Positions 20,300-30,684 of a stretch of 64,000 nt of DNA are shown here, piece by piece. This DNA comes from a bacterium. GTDB lineage: Bacteria; UBA8248. The stretch lies in NCBI GenBank assembly GCA_965213625.1, contig CBDBZU010000004.1, positions 1,472,001 to 1,536,000 of the forward strand. The letters run 5' to 3'. Below the pieces are notes generated by a model. It saw only the letters and a list, made by a program, of their open reading frames with translations, had not been told where the DNA came from and ran no database searches. The position numbers and the translations under genes are program-made. Position 1 is the stretch's first letter. The number at the start of each line of letters is the position of its first letter.

Positions 20300-21196
20300 A
20301 TGATTATGGAACCCATCGCTATCGATGAAATCAGCGAAGATCGCGCCACGGGAAGAGTTGCGGCAATTTATCAAGACATGCGCCAGGTGCTCCGCAGTAC
20401 GCAGGTGAACCTCATCTATCGCACTCTCGCGGTGCACGAGGATTACTTTTGCGCGGCTTGGGACGCGCTCAGGCCCAACGCCTCAATCGCATATTTCGAG
20501 CGCTGCGCGGACAACCTCAGGATGCGCATGGCCCCGCCCATGCCGCCCGACGTGCCAGAAATAGGGGAAGATCTGGAAGACGACTTCGACTACTCATCAG
20601 AGGACATCGACGCGGTCGACGGCGTATTGGACATATACAACGACGCGAATCCCAAGAACCTCATTCTCGTCGCGGCGCTCAAAGGCGCGCTCAACGGCAT
20701 GAAGATAGGCGGCATCCGCCCCGGTTCGGAGTCGGACACCAACGTCCTGCCCACTGGTCCGCCCGCTTCCATGCGCGCCGAGAATCTGGTGGACCCGGCA
20801 GCCGTGGATGATTCGGTGGGAGCGCTCTTCGAGGAAATTCGCGAGGCGACTGGCGGGCTGGGCAGCGTCTGGCGCGCTCTCGGGCATCATCCCGCCTTCC
20901 TGGAGCGCGTCTGGCCGTTTTTGAAAGAAGAGATGGCGAAGGCGGGGTACCGGATCACCGTCGCGCAGGCGCAAGGCGCTGCGGCGACCGCAGCCCAGGA
21001 ATTTCCCTTCGCCGTCGATTTGAGCAGTGAGCGCGTGGCGGCTCTGGGTCTTTCGGAAGGCGAAATTGATGTGATCGATAAGAAGCTCGATCGCTTTATC
21101 CACCTCATCCCCAGAACCAACACCTTGATCCTCCTCATGAAGGCGGCCCTGGTAGGCGAGGGCAGGGTGCGTAGAAAGCCCTTCGAGGGGGAATAG
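20300..21196 (+). CDS. Halocarboxylic acid dehalogenase DehI-family protein
   Basis: Two-fold internal repeat (ATGRVAAIYQDMRQVL...NLIYRTLA...AWDALRP / LFEEIREA...VWRALGHHPAFLERVW) and YNDANPKNL, typical of the DehI fold. Confidence 0.72.
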   Translation: MIMEPIAIDEISEDRATGRVAAIYQDMRQVLRSTQVNLIYRTLAVHEDYFCAAWDALRPNASIAYFERCADNLRMRMAPPMPPDVPEIGEDLEDDFDYSSEDIDAVDGVLDIYNDANPKNLILVAALKGALNGMKIGGIRPGSESDTNVLPTGPPASMRAENLVDPAAVDDSVGALFEEIREATGGLGSVWRALGHHPAFLERVWPFLKEEMAKAGYRITVAQAQGAAATAAQEFPFAVDLSSERVAALGLSEGEIDVIDKKLDRFIHLIPRTNTLILLMKAALVGEGRVRRKPFEGE

Positions 21197-21579
21197 ATTA
21201 TTCGTTTCGCCTGCGCCGCTCTGGATGCGCGCGCCTGGGATAATGTCCAAGCGCCGACGCCGCTGGACATTTTCGCCGGTTTTCTTATACTGATCCGCAC
21301 AACATGAAAATTTGGGGAGATGGGGGGCGCTCGAGGGGCGGGGCCGAAAGGCCCCATGCGTGCACTTCGCAGATTTATCTGTCCAGATGATCCACTTCCT
21401 CACATCCCTATGCCCTTACTTGATGCTAAGCTGTTCTTAATCCATCGTGACTTCTCGCGCATGATGAACCTTCCTTACCGAGGCGTTGTTGACGATCTCG
21501 ATTTGTGATATTTTCTCTTGCCTTTCGGACGGAAAGCGGCGCCTGCGAATGGGTCGCCACGGAAAAGTCGCCGAGTCGG

Positions 21580-21656
<77 letters not shown>

Positions 21657-21725
21657 TCATTTTGGAATTCGCGTCGCCCTTTTCTCCAAATGCTTGGCCA
21701 CTGCGGGAGAGGGGGATGAAGGCAT

Positions 21726-21802
21726 GGTGGGTGTAGCTCAGTGGTTAGAGCGCCGGGTTGTGGCCCCGGAGGTCGGGGGTTCAAATCCCCTCACTCACCC
21801 CA
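21726..21802 (+). tRNA. tRNA-His(GTG)
   Basis: G-1, GTGGGTG/CACTCAC acceptor stem, C73, CCGGG-TTGTGGC-CCCGG anticodon arm, CCA end. Confidence 0.97.
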
Positions 21803-21858
21803 AAGTTTTACACATTCTTGAGCGGACCTGGCTTCCGAACAAGACCAACGGATATCAC

Positions 21859-21935
21859 GCGCCCGTAGCTCAATTGGATAGAGCGTCGGACTTCGGATCC
21901 GAAGGTTGTAGGTTCGAGTCCTACCGGGCGTGCCA
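21859..21935 (+). tRNA. tRNA-Arg(TCG)
   Basis: GCGCCCG/CGGGCGT acceptor stem, TCGGA-CTTCGGA-TCCGA anticodon arm, GGTTCGAGTCC, CCA end. Confidence 0.97.
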
Positions 21936-22342
21936 TTGAAAATCAAGTGTATACACAATATAATCAACTAGATAAAAAAATCTGGAGATATTGATTTTAT
22001 TCCCGCTGTTTCTCTGTTTATCCTGAAATATCCATGTGACAGGCATAACAACGTCCCCTAAAATAGACACTCGAAATTCTTCTCGCGAATTGTTAATTCG
22101 GTGAGTAGTTGAAGAGTTTCTTGTAAGAATTCGATATAACCTTTGTTCCTGGATATAGGATGAATAGTAAATACATAGCTTTCTTTATTGATGTTCGTAG
22201 CTGAACCAATTTTTCTGTAACAGGATTGATACACCTGGAATATGAGAAAAAGGGCATAAACTTCTGGCCCCAATAGGCTGAAAGCTCGAGAGATTTTCCT
22301 GGCCATCTGCAATTATTTTTTCTGATCAAAGAGGAGGCTCCG

Positions 22343-23371
22343 ATGCGCGCCATGGTTCTGCATGAATGGGGAGGTTCCCTGACGCTCGAAACGGTGCCCG
22401 ACCCGGTGCCGGGCCACGGGGAGGTCGTGCTGCGCGTGCACGCCTGCGCACCGGATCAGTTCGACGTGACCATCCGCGCGGGCCGGATCGGCGGTAAACT
22501 GCCCCTCATCATGGGGCACGAGATCGCGGGTGAGGTGGCCGCACGGGGGCCCGGCGTCGAGGGATGGAAAGAAGGCGCTCGCGCGGTCGTCCACGCCTAT
22601 CTCACCTGCGGTCGGTGCCGGTTTTGCCGGCTCGGCCGGGTGACGCTTTGCGAGAATTTCAAGGGCTACTTCGGGGTGCATCAAGACGGCGGCTACGCCG
22701 AGTACGTGCGGGTTCCGGCGGAGAACCTCTGCGCCATTCCCGATGGCGTGGGGTACGCCGAGGCGACGACCATCGTGAGTCCGGTGGCGACCCCGCTCAA
22801 GGCCATCAAAACGCGCGCGGGCGTGCGGCCGGGGGATGACGTGGTCGTCGTCGGCGCCTGCGGCGGTGTGGGAATTCACGCCGTCCAGATCGCCAAGGCT
22901 TTCGGCGCGCGTGTCGTCGCGGTGGATATCGACGACGCCAAGCTCGCCCGTGCCAGGGAATTGGGCGCAGACCACGCTGTGAACGGCCTGGAGGAGGATT
23001 TCGCCGAGATCGTGAGAGAGGTCACCGACGGCAAGGGAGCCGAGGCCGTGCTGGAGTTCGTCGGCACGGAGCAGACGCTGCCGAAGAGCTTCGCTTCGCT
23101 GACGAGAACGGGCGTCCTCGTCGTCGTGGGCTTTCAGCCGGGCACGGTTTTCGCGAGCGACCCTACCCGCTTCGTGGACGATGAGATCACGGTAACCGGC
23201 TCGCGCTACGTGAATCGCGCTGAGTTGGCCGAAGCCGCCGCATGGGTCGGGTCGGGCCGGGTGAAGCCCGTCGTTTCGGGGACGTACCCCCTGGCCGAGG
23301 TGGAGAAGGCGCTGGCCGACCTCTCGGAAAACCGGGTGGTCGGTCGTGCGCCGGTCCTGATCGATTCTTGA
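22343..23371 (+). CDS. Zinc-dependent alcohol dehydrogenase (MDR family)
   Basis: GHEIAGEV, CGRCRFCRLGRVTLC structural Zn site, GACGGVG. Confidence 0.93.
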   Translation: MRAMVLHEWGGSLTLETVPDPVPGHGEVVLRVHACAPDQFDVTIRAGRIGGKLPLIMGHEIAGEVAARGPGVEGWKEGARAVVHAYLTCGRCRFCRLGRVTLCENFKGYFGVHQDGGYAEYVRVPAENLCAIPDGVGYAEATTIVSPVATPLKAIKTRAGVRPGDDVVVVGACGGVGIHAVQIAKAFGARVVAVDIDDAKLARARELGADHAVNGLEEDFAEIVREVTDGKGAEAVLEFVGTEQTLPKSFASLTRTGVLVVVGFQPGTVFASDPTRFVDDEITVTGSRYVNRAELAEAAAWVGSGRVKPVVSGTYPLAEVEKALADLSENRVVGRAPVLIDS

Positions 23372-23673
23372 CGACTAATTCCACGCAGCTCTATTGGGAC
23401 GATCTGCGCCAGCAGGTCGTAGCCGAACAAATAATTACGAATGGCCTGGATCTTCGCCTTCGAGTTGTCTCTGCAACGCCCTTGGATTCCTGTCGGCTGC
23501 TCAAAGAAAGGGTGTCGGGGTTTGCATGGCGCAACGTCCTATAAAATCGCTCGTATTCAGACAAAAATTTTTAGATCATCCATGCGGGTTTGTGTATAAT
23601 TCAACTTCATCTGCAATGAGGATCCAATTCGCACGATTACGTTGTACAACAATGACACATGGGAGACGAGGCG

Positions 23674-24858
23674 ATGAAAAAACTGCTGGTTGCAATGGCT
23701 TTGGTTTTACTTGCAAGCGCGACGGCCAGTGCGGAAACCATTAAATTGGGCGTCCTTTTCGGGTATACAGGCCCCATCGAATCCCTGACGCCGCCAATGG
23801 CGAAGGGCGCCGAGTTGGCGATGAAGGAAGTCAGCGACAGCGGCGCACTGCTGGGCGGCGCCAAAGTGGTTTCGGTGCGCGGCGACACCACATGCACGGA
23901 TTCTGCTGCCGCCAGGGCGTCTGCCGAGCGTCTGATCACTTCCGATAAGGTAAACGCCATAGTCGGCGGGGATTGCTCGGGCGTCACCATCGCCATGCTC
24001 CAAAACGTAGCCATGCCCAACGGGATCGTGATGATCTCCCCATCGGCGACTTCCCCCGCTCTTTCTACCCTCAAGGACAACGGGCTGTTCTTCCGCACCG
24101 CTCCATCAGACGCCCGGCAGGGGCAGGTTATCACCGCCGTTTTGAAGGAAAGAGGCGTCAAGTCGGCGGCGTTGACTTACACCAACAACGACTACGGCAA
24201 GGGACTGGCCAACAGCATCAAGACCAACTTCGAGAAGGCCGGCGGCAAGATTACGATTACTGCGGCGCACGAAGACGGCAAGGCGGATTACACGGCGGAA
24301 GTCGGCGCCCTCTCTGCCGCGGGAGGCGATGTTCTTATCGTCGCAGGATACTTGGACCAAGGCGGCAAGGGCATCATCCGGGCGGCGGTCGATACCGGCG
24401 CGTTCGAAACCTTCGTGCTGCCGGACGGCATGATCGGTGACAGCCTGCCAAAGGCGATCGGCAAGGCGCTCGATGGTTCTTACGGCACCGTTCCCGGTAC
24501 GGACAGCCCGGGCGCGGCGAAGCTCGGCGAAATGGCCAAGAAGGCCGGTTTCAAGGGGGGTAACCCGTTTGTGGCCGAGGCCTATGACGCTGCGGCCCTG
24601 CTCATGCTGGCCATGCAGGCGGCCGGCTCCAGCAAGAGCAAGGCGCTCAAGGACAAGGTCATGATGGTCGCCAATGCGCCGGGCGAGAAGATCTATCCCG
24701 GTGAGTTGGCCAAGGCGCTCAAGATTATCGCCAAAGGCGGCGACGTCGATTACGTAGGCGCCTCGGCGGTCGAACTGATTGGTCCCGGCGAGAGCGCGGG
24801 CAACTACCGCGAGATACTCGTGAAGGGCGGAAAGATCACCACCGTGCGGTACCGTTAG
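23674..24858 (+). CDS. Liv/branched-chain-amino-acid-type ABC substrate-binding protein
   Basis: Signal peptide, ISPSATSPALS, FFRTAPSD, NNDYGKG, YDAAAL. Confidence 0.92.
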   Translation: MKKLLVAMALVLLASATASAETIKLGVLFGYTGPIESLTPPMAKGAELAMKEVSDSGALLGGAKVVSVRGDTTCTDSAAARASAERLITSDKVNAIVGGDCSGVTIAMLQNVAMPNGIVMISPSATSPALSTLKDNGLFFRTAPSDARQGQVITAVLKERGVKSAALTYTNNDYGKGLANSIKTNFEKAGGKITITAAHEDGKADYTAEVGALSAAGGDVLIVAGYLDQGGKGIIRAAVDTGAFETFVLPDGMIGDSLPKAIGKALDGSYGTVPGTDSPGAAKLGEMAKKAGFKGGNPFVAEAYDAAALLMLAMQAAGSSKSKALKDKVMMVANAPGEKIYPGELAKALKIIAKGGDVDYVGASAVELIGPGESAGNYREILVKGGKITTVRYR

Positions 24859-24923
24859 ACCGGGTTGTCTCTTGGTAATTCGCCCCAGGAGAGACGACTG
24901 GGCGATGCGGCCGCGCGTATTTT

Positions 24924-25724
24924 GTGGATATCATGATATCTGTCGTTGATCTGCATATGCACTTTGGCGGCATACGCGCCGTCGATGGTGTTTCCCTATC
25001 CATCGACGGCGGTCGCATCACCGGTCTCATCGGTCCCAACGGCGCGGGTAAGACCACGCTGTTCAACGTTATTGCCGGTGTGCATCGCCCCACGTCGGGT
25101 AGCGTCTATCTGGACGGGGAGAACGTTACCGGCCTCCAGTCGCATGAATTGTGCGCCAGGGGCATGCTCCGCACCTTTCAGATCGCGCAGGAATTCCCCA
25201 CGCTTACGGTGCGCGAAAACCTCATGATGGTGCCCACGGGCCAGTCGGGAGAAAATCTTCTCGGCGCCTGGTTGCGGCCCGCGCTGGTGAGCACCGAAGA
25301 AGAGCGCGTTCGCGCCAAGGCAGAGGAAGTCATCGAGTTTCTTCAAATCACGCAGGTGGCCGATGAACTGGCCGGGAACCTCTCCGGTGGCCAGAAGAAG
25401 CTTCTGGAACTCGGTCGCACCATGATGGCCGACGCCAAGGTCGTTCTTCTGGATGAAGTGGGCGCCGGCGTGAACCGCACCCTGCTCAAAACGCTGGGCG
25501 ATGCGATTCTCCGTTTGCAGCGCGAGCGCGGATATACATTCTGCATGATAGAGCACGATATGGATTTCATTTCGCGTCTTTGCGATCCCGTAATCGTCAT
25601 GGCCGAAGGTGCGATTCTCGCACAGGGCGGCGTCCAGGAGGTGAAGGCCGACGAGCAAGTCATCACGGCCTATCTCGGCGGACGCCGCAAAGACAAGCCG
25701 AACCGGACCGATGACGATGATTGA
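24924..25724 (+). CDS. ABC transporter ATP-binding protein (LivG-like)
   Basis: GPNGAGKTT, LSGGQKKLLE, IEHDM. Confidence 0.93.
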   Translation: MDIMISVVDLHMHFGGIRAVDGVSLSIDGGRITGLIGPNGAGKTTLFNVIAGVHRPTSGSVYLDGENVTGLQSHELCARGMLRTFQIAQEFPTLTVRENLMMVPTGQSGENLLGAWLRPALVSTEEERVRAKAEEVIEFLQITQVADELAGNLSGGQKKLLELGRTMMADAKVVLLDEVGAGVNRTLLKTLGDAILRLQRERGYTFCMIEHDMDFISRLCDPVIVMAEGAILAQGGVQEVKADEQVITAYLGGRRKDKPNRTDDDD

Positions 25725-26433
25725 CTCGGAAGATTATCTCCTCGGCGAGAACTTGACCGGCGGCTACGGCGGGCCGGACATTCTGAACGGGTGCACCATC
25801 GGCGCCCGAAGCGGAGAAATCACGGTCGTCGTCGGCCCCAACGGCTCAGGTAAATCCACGGCCATGAAGGCGCTCTTCGGCATGCTGGAGATGCGCGAGG
25901 GTACTGTTCGCCTGGGCGGTGAGGACATCTCCGGTCTGACGCCGCAGGATCGCGTCGTCCACGGAATGAGTCTGGTGCCGCAAACCGGCAACGTCTTCAC
26001 CTCGATGACGGTAGAGGAAAACCTGGAGATGGGGGCCTTCATCCGCGAGGATGACATTGCGGACACGATGGGGCAGGTGTTCGACCTCTTCCCGGTCCTC
26101 AAGGAAAAACGCCGCCAGCTTGCAGGTGAACTATCCGGCGGCCAGCGCCAGCAGGTGGCAGTGGGCCGCGCGCTAATGACCCGTCCGAAGGTATTGATGC
26201 TCGATGAGCCCACGGCGGGGGTCTCGCCCATCGTAATGACCGAATTGTTCGAGCGGATCCTCTACATCGCGGGTGACGGCATCGCCGTTCTTATGGTGGA
26301 GCAGAACGCCCGCCAGGCGCTGAGCATCGCCGACAGGGGCTACGTGCTGGTGCAGGGGCGAAACCGTTACACCGACACCGGTCCGGCCCTGATGATGAAC
26401 ACGGAAATCCGCCGGGCGTTCCTGGGCGGTTGA
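25711..26433 (+). CDS. ABC transporter ATP-binding protein (LivF-like)
   Basis: GPNGSGKST, LSGGQRQ, LDEP, VEQNA. Confidence 0.93.
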   Translation: MTMIDSEDYLLGENLTGGYGGPDILNGCTIGARSGEITVVVGPNGSGKSTAMKALFGMLEMREGTVRLGGEDISGLTPQDRVVHGMSLVPQTGNVFTSMTVEENLEMGAFIREDDIADTMGQVFDLFPVLKEKRRQLAGELSGGQRQQVAVGRALMTRPKVLMLDEPTAGVSPIVMTELFERILYIAGDGIAVLMVEQNARQALSIADRGYVLVQGRNRYTDTGPALMMNTEIRRAFLGG

Positions 26434-26437
26434 GGCG

Positions 26438-27451
26438 ATGGACGGCATCCTGAATGCGCTGATCCTGTTGTCGAATTTTGTCATCGTTCCCGGCATGGCG
26501 TATGGCAGCCAGTTGGCGCTCGGCGCCCTGGCCGTCACCTTGATATACGCCATATTGCGCTTTTCGGATTTCGCCCAGGGCGACACCATGGCCTTCGGCG
26601 CCATGGCGACCATTCTGATCACCTGGATGTTCCAATATTGGGGCGTTTCCATCTTCCCTCTGCCGACCGCGCTGTTGGCTCTGCCTTTTGGCGTCCTCTG
26701 CACGATAGCTCTTTGCCTGTTAATCGATCGTTGGGTGTACCGCTTCTATCGCCGGGTGAAAGCGAAGCCAGAGATATTGATGATCGTCTCGGTCGGGGTG
26801 ATGTTCGTGTATAACAGTGTGGTGCGCATCATCATCGGGCCCGGCGATAGGTGGTTCGTCGACGGGGAGCGCTTCATCATCACGGCCCCGGCCTTCAAGC
26901 GCCTGAGTGGTTTGAGCGAGGGTGTCGCCTTCAAAACCACTCAAGGGCTGACCATCCTGACGGCAATCATCGTGGTGGCGGCGCTTTTCTGGTTTTTGAA
27001 CCGCACGCGTGTCGGCAAATCCATGCGCGCATATTCGGACAACGAAGATCTGGCTCTGCTCTCGGGGATCGATCCGGAGCGCGTCGTGCGGACCACTTGG
27101 ATTATCGCCGCGACGCTCGCCACCATCGCCGGCGCCCTGTATGGCCTGGACAAGAGTTTCAAGCCGTTCACCTATTTTAATCTTCTTCTGCCTATCTTCG
27201 CAGCCGCCATCGTCGGTGGACTGGGCAACCCGCTGGGCGCAATCGCCGGTGGCTTTACCATCGCCTTCTCCGAGGTCGCGCTCACTTACGCCTACAGGAA
27301 ATTCGTCGCTTATCTTGCGCCTGGAGACTGGGCGCCGCAAGGATTGGTGCAGCTGTTGTCCACGGATTACAAGTTCGCGGTTTCCTTCGTCATCCTGGTG
27401 CTGGTGCTGCTGCTCCGGCCCACAGGTATTTTTGGGCGCAAAGCCTCATGA
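26438..27451 (+). CDS. ABC transporter permease (LivH-like)
   Basis: Hydrophobic, FAQGD, TRVGKSMRA, IVGGLG, RPTGIFG. Confidence 0.92.
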   Translation: MDGILNALILLSNFVIVPGMAYGSQLALGALAVTLIYAILRFSDFAQGDTMAFGAMATILITWMFQYWGVSIFPLPTALLALPFGVLCTIALCLLIDRWVYRFYRRVKAKPEILMIVSVGVMFVYNSVVRIIIGPGDRWFVDGERFIITAPAFKRLSGLSEGVAFKTTQGLTILTAIIVVAALFWFLNRTRVGKSMRAYSDNEDLALLSGIDPERVVRTTWIIAATLATIAGALYGLDKSFKPFTYFNLLLPIFAAAIVGGLGNPLGAIAGGFTIAFSEVALTYAYRKFVAYLAPGDWAPQGLVQLLSTDYKFAVSFVILVLVLLLRPTGIFGRKAS

Positions 27452-28770
27452 AGCCTTCGATCCGCAAGCGAGAGAAGATGCGCGCCGTCTACATGTTTGC
27501 AGCCATGTTCACGGCTCTGGCCGTGGTCGGCGTATTCCAGAGCTGGTCCCTGGCGCTCGCGATACTGAACCTTTGCCTCATATCGGCCGTGATGGCGCTC
27601 GGCGTCAACATACAGTGGGGCTACGCCGGAATCATAAATTTCGGCATCCTGGGGTTCGCGGCGCTGGGGGGGGTGACGGCGGTTCTCGTATCCGTCGCGC
27701 CTGTACCTGCGGCCTGGGGAGCGGGCGGCGTCGGTGTCATTGTAGCCATTGCGATTTCTCTGGCGACGATTCTGGCTGCCGTTTTCGCCACCAGGCGGGC
27801 TCCTGCCGGGATGCCTCGTAAGCTTCTCCTCGCCTGCATTATCATCGGCGGCTTTTTTCTCGCACGGGCGTTCTTTTTCCCTGCTGTGGAGGCCATCGAG
27901 GCCGTGGATCCGACCAAAGCCGGGTTTCTGGGAGGTTTGGGATTGCCCATCCTGGTCTCCTGGATTGCAGGCGGCTTGCTCGCCGCCGCCGTTGCCTGGG
28001 TGATCGGAAAGATCGCCTTGGGATTGAGGGCCGATTATCTGGCAATTGCCACGCTGGGCATTTCAGAGATCATTATTGCGGTTCTCAAGAACGAGGACTG
28101 GCTGGCCCGAGGCGTGAAGAACGTGAGTGGCCTGCCTCGACCCGTGCCGTATGAGGTGGATCTACAACAGTCTCTCTGGTTCCAGGATTGGGCCGCCCGT
28201 CTGGGCGCAGCGCCCGTCGAGTTTTCCTCCATCTTTGTCAAGTTATCCTATGCGGGACTGTTCGTGATCGTTCTTATCGTGGTTTTGTGGCTTTCCGAAC
28301 GAGCGCTCCATTCACCATGGGGCCGAATGATGCGCGCCATCAGGGACAACGAACTCGCCGCCTCCGCCATGGGGAAGGATGTCACGGGGCGTCATCTGCA
28401 GGTTTTCGTCCTGGGTTCGGCGGTGGTCGGCGTCGCCGGAGCCATGCTCACCACCCTGGACGGGCAGTTCACGCCTGCTTCCTATCAGCCGCTTCGCTTT
28501 ACTTTCATCATCTGGGTGATGGTCATCGTTGGGGGGTCGGGGAACAACTGGGGTGCGGTTCTGGGTGGTTTCGTCATCTGGTTCTTCTGGATTGAGGCTG
28601 AACCCATCGGTCTGTGGCTGATGGACCTGCTCACTTCGGGACTCGCGCAAGACAGCCCATTGCGTCGTCATCTGATGGAAAGCGCGGCCCATATGCGTCT
28701 GATGATCATGGGGGTGATACTGTTGCTGGTTCTGCGCTTCAGTCCACGCGGTTTGATTCCGGAAAGATAG
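27448..28770 (+). CDS. ABC transporter permease (LivM-like)
   Basis: LRADYLAIATLG, SPWGRMMRAIRDNE, IVGGSGN, PRGLIPE. Confidence 0.92.
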   Translation: MKPSIRKREKMRAVYMFAAMFTALAVVGVFQSWSLALAILNLCLISAVMALGVNIQWGYAGIINFGILGFAALGGVTAVLVSVAPVPAAWGAGGVGVIVAIAISLATILAAVFATRRAPAGMPRKLLLACIIIGGFFLARAFFFPAVEAIEAVDPTKAGFLGGLGLPILVSWIAGGLLAAAVAWVIGKIALGLRADYLAIATLGISEIIIAVLKNEDWLARGVKNVSGLPRPVPYEVDLQQSLWFQDWAARLGAAPVEFSSIFVKLSYAGLFVIVLIVVLWLSERALHSPWGRMMRAIRDNELAASAMGKDVTGRHLQVFVLGSAVVGVAGAMLTTLDGQFTPASYQPLRFTFIIWVMVIVGGSGNNWGAVLGGFVIWFFWIEAEPIGLWLMDLLTSGLAQDSPLRRHLMESAAHMRLMIMGVILLLVLRFSPRGLIPER

Positions 28771-28865
28771 GCTGACACCCCGAAATCCCGAGAGCCGCCG
28801 GCTGGTCGGGTGAATGTCTGAAACCTGTGGTTTCATGATCTGCTTCCGGAATTTTCGGTAGTGTC

Positions 28866-29738
28866 TCAGTTTGAAATTCGCTTCTTGTAAGGGCCACGCC
28901 TTCCGGGCTTCGGCTCCCGCGCTTCAATCAACTTCACAATCCATTCAGTATCACGAAGTTCAGAATCAATTCCAGCAGCCATCGCAGGCGTTACCCGAAG
29001 GCTCTTGTGAATCCGGCAAAAATTGTAATGAACGAAGTAAAGCGAGAGCATGTGAATATGATTCTCAAGACGCTTCGAGAATGCGTTTGTAAGCCGCGTG
29101 AAACGACGCATACACATTCTCATGGTGAGGTTCTGGCGTTCTGCGTAGCTGGTGGAAATGTAATCGGGATTCGGCATTCCCGTTATCATGGCCATGCGAG
29201 TGCCGGTGCATTCGGACGGGCTGTACTTTCCCTCGCCTGAGTCGCCGTACAGCTTCACGAGCATCGCGTAATCGACATCATCCCCAAAAGCATCCTCCAC
29301 CGCTTCGAGATACGCTCTGTGTCCGTCTGTGGTCAACTGTACGCGGTTTGAAAGCCTCTCTGCTACGTCTCCCATGAACTCCGCCGCATACCCGCTATCA
29401 CGCCCGCCTACGAGATACGAGATAATCAACTTGGAATCCGCATCAATGGCCGTCCACGTCCAGGCATCGCCTGCGTTCTCGGGAGCCGCTTCCGCGTTCG
29501 CCACGTTCTTTTTCTTGGCGTAGACAAACGACCATATCTCATCGCACTGAACGCGCTTCGACTGGATGTCCCGCACGTGCGCGTTGTGATACTCCGCGCA
29601 GGCTTCACCGGCTTTGATGAGTAGCTTGGTAACGGTATTGATGGAAACGCCTGAGACGCGGGAGGTCGCCCGCATCGACATTCCTTCCACCAACATATTG
29701 AGGACTTGAACTCTCTTTGATGTAGTTAGTTTGTTCAT
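28866..29738 (-). CDS. IS1-family DDE transposase (single ORF)
   Basis: N-terminal HTH (GMSMRATSRVSGVSINTV), QCDEIW, TTDG, ERQNLTMR, RFTRLTNAFSK, HYNF. Confidence 0.93.
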   Translation of the reverse strand: MNKLTTSKRVQVLNMLVEGMSMRATSRVSGVSINTVTKLLIKAGEACAEYHNAHVRDIQSKRVQCDEIWSFVYAKKKNVANAEAAPENAGDAWTWTAIDADSKLIISYLVGGRDSGYAAEFMGDVAERLSNRVQLTTDGHRAYLEAVEDAFGDDVDYAMLVKLYGDSGEGKYSPSECTGTRMAMITGMPNPDYISTSYAERQNLTMRMCMRRFTRLTNAFSKRLENHIHMLSLYFVHYNFCRIHKSLRVTPAMAAGIDSELRDTEWIVKLIEAREPKPGRRGPYKKRISN

Positions 29739-29744
29739 ACATAC

Positions 29745-29773
29745 AATATATGAACTTTTATGCTTAGTGTCAA
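29745..29773 (-). promoter_or_regulatory. Sigma70 promoter of the IS1 transposase (likely leaderless mRNA)
   Basis: TTGACA (29768-29773), 17-nt spacer, TATATT (29745-29750). The ATG begins 7 nt downstream and has no SD. Confidence 0.7.
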
Positions 29774-29840
29774 GTGTTATCTTGAGGAAATCGGGGTGAT
29801 CATTGCCCCATGGATACCATCGAGCAGGTGGAATCGGGGG

Positions 29841-30197
29841 CTATTTGTCGGAAACCGACTTGCCTATAGCAACTCCGGCCACAAACGTGAAAGCCGTTCC
29901 TAGAATCTGTATGGCATCACCAATCCAAGTGCGATCCCATAAGCCGCCTATAATAAAAAGGCATGCCAGAAGAACCAACAAGAGTACAGACAGAATAATT
30001 GATGCCGCATGTCCCTTGTCGTCAGTTCCGTATTTGACGCCCCATCTATCAAACAAGAAAATCTGGTTGGGGGCGCCACCATCAAAGAATGGAAATTGGG
30101 AAGTTTGAGTATCAGGTTCTTTTGAAACTAAAGAATCGTCTTCTTTGACCTGGAAATTGTCATTCGATGAGAGCATTGATTTTTTTGGCAAACGCAT
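29841..30197 (-). CDS. Hypothetical two-TM protein, candidate toxin partner of the Panacea protein
   Basis: Two C-terminal hydrophobic helices. Overlaps the 3' end of the DUF4065 gene. Confidence 0.6.
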   Translation of the reverse strand: MRLPKKSMLSSNDNFQVKEDDSLVSKEPDTQTSQFPFFDGGAPNQIFLFDRWGVKYGTDDKGHAASIILSVLLLVLLACLFIIGGLWDRTWIGDAIQILGTAFTFVAGVAIGKSVSDK

Positions 30198-30684
30198 CCC
30201 TTATGATTTCGCTTGGGATTGTGGGTTTATCGACCAGATTATAGCGGTACTGTTTGGCAACAATAGTCCATGGCTCGCCCTCTCTATGAGTCATGTTGGA
30301 CAATTGGATGCCGGTTTTGTCTCCATAGACATCCCAAATTTTCTCAAAGAACGAAACAAGTTTTCCGTCATGTTTGGGATAGTCAAACGATGACACACCA
30401 TCGACGTCTATCATTAGCCGCTTACCATGCCTGTCAATGGAATTTCGGCCAAATTCCTTAAACTCTAGGTATAGATCACGTACAACAGGGCCATGAGGCC
30501 AAGCCTCAACATCCTCTGGAAACAGTTCTCCCCTTGTATTTCCCAAATACCATCCGTGGGAATAAAACGTCAGCTTGTAAAGCTTTAATTGATCGCAAGG
30601 GGGTTTTGAAGAGTCACTCCAGCTTCGCTCAAGAAACCAATTTGCAACTTCCATAGCCCTGGATGGGTGTTGCGTCTGTGTCAT
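30160..30684 (-). CDS. Panacea (DUF4065/SocA/GepA) antitoxin-domain protein
   Basis: VANWFL, LKLYKLTFYSHGW, EAWPHGPVV, LSNMTH...EPW. Confidence 0.9.
   Translation of the reverse strand: MTQTQHPSRAMEVANWFLERSWSDSSKPPCDQLKLYKLTFYSHGWYLGNTRGELFPEDVEAWPHGPVVRDLYLEFKEFGRNSIDRHGKRLMIDVDGVSSFDYPKHDGKLVSFFEKIWDVYGDKTGIQLSNMTHREGEPWTIVAKQYRYNLVDKPTIPSEIIRDAFAKKINALIE

Noticed and set aside
22058-22353. Short ORFs in the AT-rich patch after tRNA-Arg(TCG)
   Set aside because: No RBS or recognisable motif in any frame examined. Treated as degenerate foreign DNA.
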